Shown in pieces: positions 29,306 through 42,658 of a stretch of DNA of 64,000 bases. Position 1 is the first letter of the stretch. Every line of letters begins with the position of its first letter. Both the position numbers and the translations under genes were made by a program. Below the pieces are notes generated by a model. That model ran no database searches and had not been told where the DNA came from. It saw nothing but the letters and a program-made list of their open reading frames with translations. The DNA comes from Octopus bimaculoides (lineage: Eukaryota), in NCBI RefSeq assembly GCF_001194135.2, contig NC_068990.1, positions 61,745,437-61,809,436 on the forward strand, written 5' to 3'.

Positions 29306-31325
29306 TTTCATCAACACAAACATGTTCACCTTCCTTTTCAAAACTGCTGACAATCAAACAATATCACCATTTTCATTATATATCTGTATGTAGGAGTGCA
29401 TATACATGTGTATATATATATATAATATGTATGTGTGTATGTGTGTGTTTAAGAGGAAATACATATGTATGAGTGTGGATACATATGTATGTATGCATGT
29501 CATTTTTTTTATTTGTTTATTTTTTCTTTTTGATTTTTTTTTTTAATTTTCAACTTTTCTTTTGCTAAAAAATACCACGATCTGTAATCTACCTCCAGAT
29601 GGAAGCAGATAGCAACACAGGAAGAATTTTAGGCTGAATAAGTATTTAGTACATATATATATATATCTTTTTTCTTTTTCATTATATTTTTGTCTTTCTT
29701 ATTCTTTTTACATACATTTTTTTTTTATTAAGAATAGAGTTTAAGATCCAAGCAAGACCTGTCTTAAACATGGATTCTTCTTGTTGAATACACATATCAC
29801 AAATTAATATTATAGGGAAACAAAATTCCTGCTCTCCCCTTCCTTGCTACAAAAAGAAAAAGTTTAAAAACAAGTTTTTTTTTTGTTTTTGTTTTCTGAG
29901 AAATGAAACTTTTTCAGGTTCTTCAATCCACCCTGTTGTTGTTGCTGTTTTATGTTTCAGTTCTCCTGATATAATAATAATATTGTTCTGTGGAAGAGTT
30001 TCTTCTTCCACCAGAACTAAATGATAAGCTAGAAACAATGAGGCCAATACTGTTGTCTCCAGGAAAGCTTACAATAAGGGAAAATCCAAGTTTTCCATAT
30101 ATGATGCTAGATTACTAATTTGGAACACATGAGCAACATTTAAGTACATTATTATTATTATTATTATCATCATTTTTTTTTACTTTGTTTTCATCTTTTT
30201 TTGTTTTTGGTGAAGCTTAATATAACCAGCTAAAAACCATTAATTCAGACATATGGAATAAAAAATAGATCAGTTCCAATACGACTGAATATTAACATGA
30301 AACACTCCAAGACCAAAGCAGTATTTACTGGCGTTTTGTTTGTTGCTGTATCTTGTTCTAATTTTCATTGAAAATATGCTTTTCCTTCAACACTTGGCTA
30401 TTGTTGAGTATGATGCACAAGTCCACCCATTATTGCAAAATCACTAAACAAGAACATTAGCCAAGTTGCGAAATGTAATATATTGAGATAACGAAAAAAA
30501 AAAAAAAGTATTCAAAACTAGTTTACATTGTATCACTCTTAACCACACATAAACCATAAGCATTGAATATAATAGTCAATTGTATTCTATCATCCCAGTA
30601 CCATAACTTTGTACTGATTTCATTTCAACACATCCTTAATTGTGATATCTAGACATTTGCATTCTATTTCATTGTTATAATTTGAATTATATATATATAT
30701 AGTAAGAGAAGTTTCTTTTTTCTTTTTTTAAATATTTTTCTTTTGTAAAAAAATGATAAAAAATAAGTTTTCAAATTGGAGGAAAAAGAATGTTATAACC
30801 TTTAACTTTTTATAGTGATGTTATAATGATAGAAATGAGATTACCCAAATTGGACAGAAAGAATTGCCCATGGAAAATAAAATATAAAAACTTATAGTGC
30901 ATGTGTGTAATGTCTTGTTTTTTTTTTTATTTCGTGTTTGTTTGTTTGCTTGTTTGTTTTTAGAAAGCTTCAAACATTTTATTATTTTCTGCCCTCAGCT
31001 AGAGAAACTGAAATGCAATAAAGTAAAGTGAAATAAAACTGTGAAATGTAGAATAACTAGGATAAATATGACCTGTAAAAATATAATTAATTTCTGTGAG
31101 ATAAGCATTGGTCTTTTATTGAGGGAGTGAAGGAGCATGTATAATGAGAGATTTCCAGATTTATCCATATTTTCACCCCCAAAACTCATCATCTGGATAT
31201 CAGATATTTTATTAAGAGAAAATATTTCACTTTTACATCACCCCTTTTAAATTCCATTTATAACAGCTATAACATGAAATTTCAGGAGTTTATATATGTA
31301 TGTATGTATGTAAGTATATATATAT

Positions 31326-31374
<49 letters not shown>

Positions 31375-32387
31375 GTATATATAAAGATATATATACATAT
31401 ATATATTCCAATATATTTGGTTGATAAACCTTAAAATGTTTCTTATCAATGGTTAATGGTATATTTGTGGGATTGAATGAAATAACTGAATGCAGAGAAA
31501 ATTCTCCAACATAATTAAACCATATTCATAATATTGCTTAATCATGTTGGAGAAATAAATAAACAATATTATAAACAATATTTATAATAACCAATTTACA
31601 AATCACTTCACACATCACAGTACTACTTCAACTAATAAAACTATTATAGTAAAGAAATTATAATTATTGTCTGTCTCAATAAAATTATGCAAAATATATG
31701 AAAAACATCTAATAAAATATTCCAGTTCAAACCAAAATAGACCATGAGGCAGTATCTGAAGCCAATCGGATTCTAAGTCAAGATGAAAAAGATCTTGCCA
31801 TATTGCTAACAACAAAAGCTGTTGAAATGAACTATGATTAATTGTTGCTACAGATAACTCTCATGATCTACTTGAGCTCTGTACACGAGAGGAAACTGAA
31901 AATAAGAACTGGTAAAGAAGTTTGGAATATTTTTGTTTTACTCAGAGTAGATTGCAAATGAGTTTTCAGATTGACTACCAATTTTATTATAATGCCTGAG
32001 TTTAGAATTTCTCTTTAAGAACTGCTTTGGTTAGGTTCCAATAGGAAGAAGAAAGGAAGATTAATTAGTGAGTTACAAAAGCAAATTATTATTAGACTTC
32101 TTTTTACTTTTGTATAAGAAATAAATCAGAAACAAAGTTAACTTGGAACTCAAGAGAGCAACTCCATCCTTTTCAGAAAGAAAATATCTGATTAGACTTA
32201 TGAATAAACACCTCATGATTTTTTTTGACATCATCAAACTGTTCAGTAGTGACATAAACAGAAAGGAAAGTTAGTTTCTTTCTTATAAAAGACATTGGCC
32301 AAAAGTTCTTTGTTCTTGATTATACTGATCCAAGGAAATCGTACCAACAATGAATAAATGTTGCAACAAAAAGGATCATTTGGCAAG

Positions 32388-32687
32388 AAGGATGGCCAGG
32401 ACTGACTCCTGATAGGTAAACAGATGAGTTTCCTAACACAGACATCAATGAGCGATGGTCAGGGCTGATTCCTGATTCCTGACAGCTAGACAAATGAGTT
32501 TTTCTATTGTAGATATCAATGAAAGATGGTCAAGACTGATTGCTGACAGACAGACAATTGAAATCAATGAAATATGGCTATAGTTGATTCTTGACAAATA
32601 CATGAGTTTCCTAACACAGACATCAATGAAAGCTAGCCAAGACTGACCACCAATAAATAGGTGCGGGTTCTCTAATAGACATCAATG
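32388..32687 (+). repeat. Degenerate minisatellite, 5 units of 48-71 nt
   Basis: Units end in (g)acatcaatg-like motifs at 32450, 32521, 32569, 32628 and 32687. Approximate consensus aaagatggtcaagactgattcctgacag..a.a.atgagtttcctaacacagacatcaatg. Confidence 0.8.
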
Positions 32688-33926
32688 AAAGACACATTAG
32701 CAAACATAGGAAGGTTTGAATAGCTATGTTAAGACAAAGCCTTTTCAGTTTAAAACTTGCTTGTATTACTATTAGAACAAGTAGATACATGGGATAGAAT
32801 CAAAGAAATGCTGATAATGAGTTATGGAAAGGAAAGTGCAGTGGGAATGAATGAGGGACAGATATGATATGATTTAAATGACGGTATGTTATTTCTTAAG
32901 CAACCACTTATAGATTCTATATACCAGAACATTTAAAACCTAACTACTGGACCTAGCACATGCTTTAAAATGATATAGTCAAAGATAATCTGGTTAATTA
33001 ATTTATTTGTTGAAATATCAGCAAAAACAAAAACAGGAAACTTTTTTGTAATTTTGAATAGAATAGAGGTATAAATATTTATGTAATTTAAAAAAAAAAA
33101 CCCTGCAAACCTCTCCTTTAGATCCAGATAAACAACTAAAGCAGGTGGGAGGGGGGGGGGAGGGAGGAAGAAAAACCACAGCCAACATTTATGTGGAAGC
33201 CATCTAAGAGAGACTGGGAACAACACATAGTAGAGTGTATTCTTTAACAGGCATTGACTGTTCAGAAGAACTCTCAAATTGATGGCAAGAAATAGACAAA
33301 AGATGTTCCAAAGATGATTTGTGTTCCCCTTGTACACTATCATTGCTGCTGTCTTGGCCATGCATGCTTTAAGGTGTGATTAAAAAAAAAAAAGAAAACA
33401 ATTTAATTTACTATTTCGTTTTTCTCTTTAAGCAGTTTACCAGGCAGGCAAGGGGAGATGGGATGGGTCGTTGGATGGAATTATTTCAGGTTTAGAGAAC
33501 AAGAGAATCACCCCATTGTTCATCATACCAAATTTGTACAACCATAATATTAGTTAGTTATGAAGTTTCTAGAATGGAGGGAGCTTGGAAATGAACAAGT
33601 GAAATTGGAATTAAATAGGGTTAAATATAATGTAAATAAAAGCTTTCTGAAATCTTTAAATGATCAATAGGAATCAAAATATGGGTTAGTTTTGGCCTTT
33701 ACCTTCCAGTTTCTACAAAACTTATACCATATTTCATTCTTCCTCTTTCTTGTATATTTTCATTTTCTTTTCTTCTTTTTTTTTTTTTATAAAATGTGGA
33801 AAATACTAAAATTTCTGAAGCGAAAGACTGGTTACATGTACAGATATATATTTCTTATATGCTCAGAAAAAATATACATTACACACATGCACAAACACAT
33901 ATAAATATACACACATACATATAAAT

Positions 33927-33987
<61 letters not shown>

Positions 33988-34454
33988 CACACACATATAT
34001 ATTAGTGAATGCATAGGAAATAATGCCATCCACATAAATTTTATATTTTTTTTACATTAGCTGCAAAGTATCTAATATTTTGTGGAAGAAACAAAAGTTT
34101 GGAATTACAATAATACTTAGGCATATCACATTGTTTCTAATTAATTACTCCTTGTAAATTAGGGAGCACTGTAGCCACCACCTGACCCCCGAATTAATTT
34201 CAATTCCCAAAATTAAAAGTACGTTATCTTTTGCAGAAGGGAGCTCAAAAATCTAATATACATAATCTAAAGAATTAGTATTTCATTATTAAGCATACAT
34301 TTTTTTGTTGTTGTTGTTAATATCCCCCCACCCCACCTTTTTTGTATACATTAGCTGGATGGCACAATTTCAAGGTATAAAAATCAACACATATGCATGA
34401 TGTGTTTCCACATCAGATATTTGTATGTATGCATTCATCTTTATATGAAACACT

Positions 34455-34720
34455 TATATTATCAGCGTATATATATATATATATACATATATATACATAT
34501 ATATATGTATGTATATATGTGTGTATATATGTGTGTGTGTGTATATATATATATGATGTATATATGTGTACATATATGTATGTATATATATATATGTATA
34601 TATATATATGTATATATATATATATGCATGTGTGTGTATATATATATATATATATATACATACATATATATAAATATACATATATATATGTATATGTACA
34701 TATATACATACATTATATAC

Positions 34721-34753
<33 letters not shown>

Positions 34754-34852
34754 AATACATATATGTATATATACATATATATACACACACATATATTCAC
34801 ATATATATATACATACACACACACACATATATATTCACATATATATATACAT

Positions 34853-34896
<44 letters not shown>
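34455..34896. repeat. Long compound (TA)n/(CA)n microsatellite
   Basis: Directly visible. Confidence 0.95.
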
Positions 34897-37800
34897 GAAT
34901 GATAAGTTACAGTTTCTTCTTAAACATTACAACAGGGAATAGGAAGAAATAAAATAAAATGTTATATTAACATACAAATGATCCTGAGAATGAAAACAGA
35001 ACTGAAAATTTGGTTAAAAAACAATTCACACTATTTGAGAACAATCATTGGATTTTGACCTTTAAAGGCAGATATACTTCTCAAAATATGCTATAAATAA
35101 AACATATATTGAGAGAATAAAACAGATTCTTCACAGAGGTCACTAAGAAAAGCAAAATGCACAAATTTATGATTTATATTTGAGGTTCAAAGTCAAGGAA
35201 AAACTACAAATAAACACACAAGGTACATCCAAAACTAATGATAAACCATTTTGCTTTTATATTAGAATAATTGAGGGGAAATGAAAATTTAAAAGTCAAA
35301 AAAGAGTAGGAAAAAAGAAAAGAAATTAATAAACCCTGTGGCTATTTACACTTTAAATAACACTGGAAGAGACGGGCCCATAGCAATTAAAGCAGCAAGA
35401 AAGCTGCTAACAGTCTATGTAGCAATGCAGCATGATAAGAAACATAAAGCTGAGGCAGACAGCCCAGCCATTTTTAGTCTTTCAATAAAACTGCACTGCA
35501 AGGAAGGTAGACACGGAGAGAATTGAAACACTTCAGATAATGCTAAAATGGTTTGATACGCTGCATGTTAACGCTTGAATAGGGGATTTGGAAAACTTAT
35601 CAAATAAATTTAGTCGAAGGGTTCCAAAGAAATGTCAATGAGAAAATGATGTAATGAAATGATAAACATATATCAATAGAATCTTAAACTGATCGGGGAG
35701 ATTTACGTTGAAAGTTATTGCAAATCTGCATATAACCTGAAGGGGATAAAGAATTATTTACAGGGTATGGCAAAAAATCCTCTCATATATACATTTATCA
35801 AGAATGGTAAATCTGGGAGGGATATTTTGCTGTCCCCTGTATACACACACACACACATACATATATATGTATATTAATAAAAATTCTATTATTTGTACTC
35901 GCAGGTGTGTACATATACACACAGACTAATTCGACAATATACACAACTTACTTTTTATACCAAAGTATAAATAACAAGACCAGGATTTAGATTTCCTATT
36001 CAGAGGCGGTATATATAAAAAAAATCATAATGGGAAGATCTACGAAACCAGATCAGATGTTGAAAAGACAAGGAAAGGTTACAAAATATGAGATGAATCA
36101 GATGAATATATTTTTTTGTTTTGTTGTTATTATTCTGTTCCCATAGAAGAGAAGTTTAGAAATATATTCAACTGATATTATTTTCTATATGTTTTGAATA
36201 TGTAAGCAACATGATGGCAATATTTCGGATAATCAGCTGTTGTCTTTTGGCTATCTTTCCAGCATTATAGTCTGACTGTTAAAGGAAATACTTAATGGCA
36301 ATGAAACAGATAAACAAATGGAATGACAAACACTTCACATTTGTTGCGTCTAAGTAGTTAACCATTGTAGAATGCTTTCTTTTCTTTTCTTATTTTTTCT
36401 TTTTCTTGTTCATTTTCTTTCTTTCATTTTTTAAAATTATTTTGCTGTATCAAGTTAAAATGTATTTCGTAAAGTTTTTGATATTTCATTAAGCATGAAT
36501 AAACTAAACTGAAGCAATCGAGAGACAGGTAATGACTGGAATTGATGAGTGATGAATTTACATCGAAAATTGGTATGGGAATGTCTCAAAACTGTTGTCT
36601 TCAATGATCTTTTTTTTTTTTAAATAAAAACAAATTAAATTATTACAAAGAAGGCTATAATAACCAGATGGTTACTTTCCAATTTTCACACAAGTGGTTA
36701 ACTTTTAACTTCTGCCTCCATATATAAAAACAAGCAAGAAGAAAAAGGGAAGATAAAAAAAAATTGTTTATACAAAATATATAAATCAGGTTCATTAAGT
36801 GAAGTGTAAATTTGAAGGGTATAATGTTTTTTGTTGTTTTTTTTTTGTTATTGATTGGAGAATTATCATGGGATTTGTTTTCTTTTTTTTTGTTTTCTTC
36901 TTGTAAAGAGCAGAACAAGCAGTACTAAAAGAGGTTATCCATCCCTGCAGATGATAGCACTTGAAGTGCATATTTTAGATTATTATACTTCGATATTAGA
37001 GTATTAGATGAATGGAGTTTGGGACAGACAAACAGAGTTACAATGCAAGATTGTGAAAATTAGCAAACAATACAATGAGGGATCAGTAATTTTTGATGTT
37101 ACAAAGGAAAATATATAATTTAGACAGACATTCCGATAACAACACTAATTTTCTGTTTTCTTTTTTTCCTTTTCACTTTTCATTTTTTTTTTTTTTCCTT
37201 AGCTGAAAAAACAGTTTAGAGGTCTGCTAATAAAGTCCTGATAATGAGCAAGGAAGTGTGAAAAGACAGAAGAGAAGAAGAAACAATACGTAAAAGAGCA
37301 GAGTGAGAGGGTTATTAAGGTGAAGACAAACTCACCAACATTATCTANNNNNNNNNNNNNNNNNNNNNNNNNNNNNNNNNNNNNNNNNNNNNNNNNNNNN
37401 NNNNNNNNNNNNNNNNNNNNNNNNNNNNNNNNNNNNNNNNNNNNNNNNNNNNNNNNNNNNNNNNNNNNNNNNNNNNNNNNNNNNNNNNNNNNNNNNNNNN
37501 NNNNNNNNNNNNNNNNNNNNNNNNNNNNNNNNNNNNNNNNNNNNNNNNNNNNNNNNNNNNNNNNNNNNNNNNNNNNNNNNNNNNNNNNNNNNNNNNNNNN
37601 NNNNNNNNNNNNNNNNNNNNNNNNNNNNNNNNNNNNNNNNNNNNNNNNNNNNNNNNNNNNNNNNNNNNNNNNNNNNNNNNNNNNNNNNNNNNNNNNNNNN
37701 NNNNNNNNNNNNNNNNNNNNNNNNNNNNNNNNNNNNNNNNNNNNNNNNNNNNNNNNNNNNNNNNNNNNNNNNNNNNNNNNNNNNNNNNNNNNNNNNNNNN

Positions 37801-38242
37801 NNNNNNNNNNNNNNNNNNNNNNNNNNNNNNNNNNNNNNNNNNNNNNNNNNNNNNNNNNNNNNNNNNNNNNNNNNNNNNNNNNNNNNNNNNNNNNNNNNNN
37901 NNNNNNNNNNNNNNNNNNNNNNNNNNNNNNNNNNNNNNNNNNNNNNNNNNNNNNNNNNNNNNNNNNNNNNNNNNNNNNNNNNNNNNNNNNNNNNNNNAAG
38001 CCTCTTTTGACATCACTTACTCTCACTCACCTAGCTATCCATACATCCATCTATCCAATTAGTTACCCGTCTGCTTGCTCATCTCAGTGATATTCTGAGT
38101 GAAAAAAATGAAGCAAGCAAATCAGACAAATTAATGTCTGTAAGTGGTTGAATATGAAATGAAAAATAAAATGAAAATTATTACAGCTATGTAACTGCCA
38201 CATATAGATGAATTAATGTTGATGATGAAATAAGGTGAATTA

Positions 38243-38277
<35 letters not shown>

Positions 38278-40348
38278 CTCTCACACACATGCACACACAC
38301 ACATATGTATATATACGTATTGTGGGTATTGAAGATGAATGGGGACAAGACAAAGAAAAATATGGATATGAATTAATGTTTGAAATGCCACAAAGAACGA
38401 AGACGGAGATATGTTTTAGTAATATTACTTGTACAAATTATCACTGTACTAAGTGAAACAGATGGCAAATAGAGTTGTAAGAAAGAAATCATCAAATTAT
38501 TAATGATTTAGATAAAACTAATACTTGTTTAAATCATAAATATTGTTTTTCTTCTAAATTATTAACAACATTTTTTTTTCCATTTAGCCACATTCTATTC
38601 CATAACATGACAAATTTAATTCACAATAGAAAAAAAAAAGAATATAAATAAATAAATCTGCATACTTTTCATATAAATGATATCTTTTCAAGGAATAAAG
38701 AATTTAAGCATTTACTGTTGACAAAAGATACTTAATGGTTTAGTAGAAGAAGAAATAAGAAAAGAACAACATTCTTGGAGGAATTTTTTTCCTTTTCACT
38801 AAAATAATTTTTTGCATCTTGATAATAAAAATAATATTTTTTTAAATGCTAATACATTCTAAAACAAATATATATTTTGTGTTTACAATAGTTTTATATA
38901 CTACATTTTCTTTGAGGTATTAAGAAAAATAAAATAAAACCACAAACTATTTTCTTATGCAAGTTCTGTTTTGTGACTCTCAACAGGACAGGTATATTTT
39001 GATAGTTGTTCAATTTACCAGAATAAAAAAAAATTCATGAAAATATAAAAGGTGAGTATTCTTCAGTATTTAATTTTGTTCTTGATATAAATTTTGAAAA
39101 TAAACATACTTTCAATCTAAAAGTGATAATATAGAAACTGGAAAAAGAATATAAGAAAAGTATTATAGAAGTAAACATGATGCTAAGATATATCTGCAAA
39201 AGCTATGTTAAAAACACAAGACATTCACATCAAATATTTGCTAAAGCTGTTAGATTGACTTGATATATTTTCTACACTGATTGAAGTGAAGACAAAGTAA
39301 CGTTCATCTAAGAGAGGAAGCTTCAGTAAATTTGAAGCAACAAGTAAAATTCTAAGACTAATATCTGGGGAAAATGAAAATATTTTATGCTAACAACCAT
39401 TTGTTATAAACTTAGCTGTTCCAGATAAATGTAAAGAAATTGGGAAATAAGTCAGGTATCTTGATATAACCAATGCACAATAAATTTTCATTGGCTTATA
39501 AACAAAAAGAAATAACTAAATAAACAAAAATTGTTATGCAAAGTTAAAGTTTGGTAAATTATCATGTGGAACTGGAATTTCTCATCTGTACTAGAATGAA
39601 ATCCAAAACTGAATGATAATAATTTAATTGATAAATTTACATATGTGTATGTATATGTGAATCTATAACCATATATTTAGTATACTGTGTCATTATCTTG
39701 GTATAACAACTCTATTTTCATTTAAAATACCAGGGCAGAGAGTGCATGTGTGTGTGAGTGTATGTATACAGAAGGGCACTAACAATTATGGCATGTTGTT
39801 TAATAGCTTTGATAATTATGGTTGAAGGAAATGGGAAAGAAAAGGAGCAAACTATCATCTGTCAAAAAGTATTACTATAAATTACAAGTATGGGGGAAGA
39901 AAACATTTGTCATTTCTTGGTTGCTGTAAATGACTTTGCTTTCTTTCTTTCTTTCTTTTTATAAAGCAATTTTCTGGTTTGCAAATATTTTCTAAGGTAG
40001 TTTGTAGTTTTATACAGTTCTTTTGATCTTTTATTTTTGTAGCAAATATTACCCAACCAAGCATTCATTCATTCTTTCAGTGGCTCATAATGTTGAGTGA
40101 ATGCTCTTCTGTGAAAATAGATTGAAATTCTACAGCAGAGTAAGAAAGAGAGGGGAGGAGGAAGAGAGAACTATCTTATCTATTAAGATGTTTTGAGAGA
40201 AAAAATGTGGGAGGAGAAAAAGAGAGAGAGTAACTGGAGTATGCAAATATGAAGTATATGCCGTAATATTAAATACAGTTCCTTACATATATGTATTATT
40301 ATGTATATATATATACATATATATAATACATATACATATATACACACA

Positions 40349-40392
<44 letters not shown>

Positions 40393-42119
40393 NNNNNNNN
40401 NNNNNNNNNNNNNNNNNNNNNNNNNNNNNNNNNNNNNNNNNNNNNNNNNNNNNNNNNNNNNNNNNNNNNNNNNNNNNNNNNNNNNNNNNNNNNNNNNNNN
40501 NNNNNNNNNNNNNNNNNNNNNNNNNNNNNNNNNNNNNNNNNNNNNNNNNNNNNNNNNNNNNNNNNNNNNNNNNNNNNNNNNNNNNNNNNNNNNNNNNNNN
40601 NNNNNNNNNNNNNNNNNNNNNNNNNNNNNNNNNNNNNNNNNNNNNNNNNNNNNNNNNNNNNNNNNNNNNNNNNNNNNNNNNNNNNNNNNNNNNNNNNNNN
40701 NNNNNNNNNNNNNNNNNNNNNNNNNNNNNNNNNNNNNNNNNNNNNNNNNNNNNNNNNNNNNATTTCATTCCTATATATGCTTTACAATTATTATTATTTG
40801 TTACTTTTAAATTTGAATGTCTTTCTGTTATGGTATTTAGAATTAGTTATCACCTAAAATGACAAACCTGACCTTGCAAATTATATTAGTTATTATGTTA
40901 TGATAATGTATTAGTTATAAATTAATAAAAATTGTTTTTGCTAATATACTTCATGGTTAATGAAGATTATTAACATATACTTAAGCAAATATAACTATAA
41001 TGCTGAAAAAAAAACAACATAAAACAATGAAAAACAAAAATTAAATGCAAACAAAAGAAAACTAGGATGGTTTTAAAATAATCAAACAAAATAAAATAAA
41101 ACAAAAAATCTCCCAGAACAAACTGTTACATGTACTTTATTAACAAAATTGACTAGAAATTATTGAAATCTGAAAGAAAAATAAATAAAATTTGTCTGAT
41201 AACAATATAACAGAATAAGTTAGATATGAACAGAAGACTATGACAAGGAAAAAAATAAAACGGGATGGGACTTGATGTAGTAAAAAGAAGCTAAATTAGT
41301 ATTTCTTGAGAGCAATAAGGTCAAGAAAAGTAATGTGTTTGCATATGTATGTATCTAGATGTATCAGAAGCAGTTTGTTTGCATTCAAGGATTCAAAGAA
41401 TTGGTAAAAATACACTGATATTTCATAGGAGTGCTTTTTTGATAGTAAAAGATAAAGTAAATTAACGATTATTATTATGAATTCTAGCTTATGCCTAGAC
41501 TAAGATTTTATGGGAGCAAAAGGTGTAATTGATTCATCAACTTCCCAATATATATAATTTGGATTTTTTTTTTATCAACCTGGAAGTAGATAAGCTGGAG
41601 TCAACTGAGAGGTTTGATTGCAGGGGAACAAAATTAATTATTTCATGAAATTCAGTGATTCACTACCATTTCTGCCACTCCACCACCCCTTTTAATCATA
41701 ACAACAACAACGACAATAATTTCCTTACTTAACTACAATGCCACATATTCAAAAAGAAAAGGACATTCAAAGCTATTTAAAGAGAATCTTTGTGAAGTAA
41801 GTTAATTAACCTCAAACAGGAATTGAAACTGGACTACAGAACTTGTATGGCAGTGGTTTGTTTCTTCTTTCACATTTGACACTAAATATTTCTGATATTG
41901 GCACAAGACCATACATTTTAAGAGTAAAGGAAGTTAATCTTATATATATATATGCTAAAAAGCATAACATATATTTTGATATCTTCATCTAAGATGGTCT
42001 GTTCTGTTAAAAGACCACAAAAATAATTGTAATGGTAATAATGATGGACTCAAATATCAATAACTTGTTTTCTATGATTATTTCAACTATCTATGCATAT
42101 ATATATGTGTGTCTGTGTG

Positions 42120-42123
42120 TGTG

Positions 42124-42162
<39 letters not shown>

Positions 42163-42522
42163 ATATACATACATACACACATATATATATCTAAATATAC
42201 ATATATATATACACACACATATATGTATCTATATTACATATATATACACACATATACATATGTATCTATATTATATATGTACTCATATTATATATATATA
42301 CACACATATATATATGTATCTATATTATATATATATACACACATATATATGTATCTATATTATTTATATATACACACATATGTATCTATATTATTTATAT
42401 ATACACACATATATATGTATCTATATTATATATATATACACACATATATATGTATCTATATTATTTATATATACACATATATATGTATCTATATTATATT
42501 TATATACACACATGTATATGTA

Positions 42523-42567
<45 letters not shown>

Positions 42568-42572
42568 TATAT
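42120..42572. repeat. Microsatellite-derived minisatellite, unit about 30-34 nt (tatatacacacatatatatgtatctatatta)
   Basis: gtatctatatta recurs at roughly regular spacing between 42220 and 42530. Confidence 0.85.
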
Positions 42573-42626
42573 AAAGGAAAATGCACAAAAATTTTATGTT
42601 AGACAAAATATATATGTTTTTATGAC

Positions 42627-42658
<32 letters not shown>

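Noticed and set aside
31726-31841. Protein-like 38-codon frame (QTKIDHEAVSEANRILSQDEKDLAILLTTKAVEMNYD*) as a terminal exon
   Set aside because: The acceptor lacks a pyrimidine tract, no partner exons were found, and a frame this short is expected by chance.
32388-32687. CRISPR-like repeat-spacer array
   Set aside because: Eukaryotic context. The intervening parts are homologous to each other rather than unique spacers, and there are no cas genes.
33144-33168. G-quadruplex-capable G-run (also at about 57891-57903 and 63847-63864)
   Set aside because: Simple homopolymer G-runs with no supporting context.
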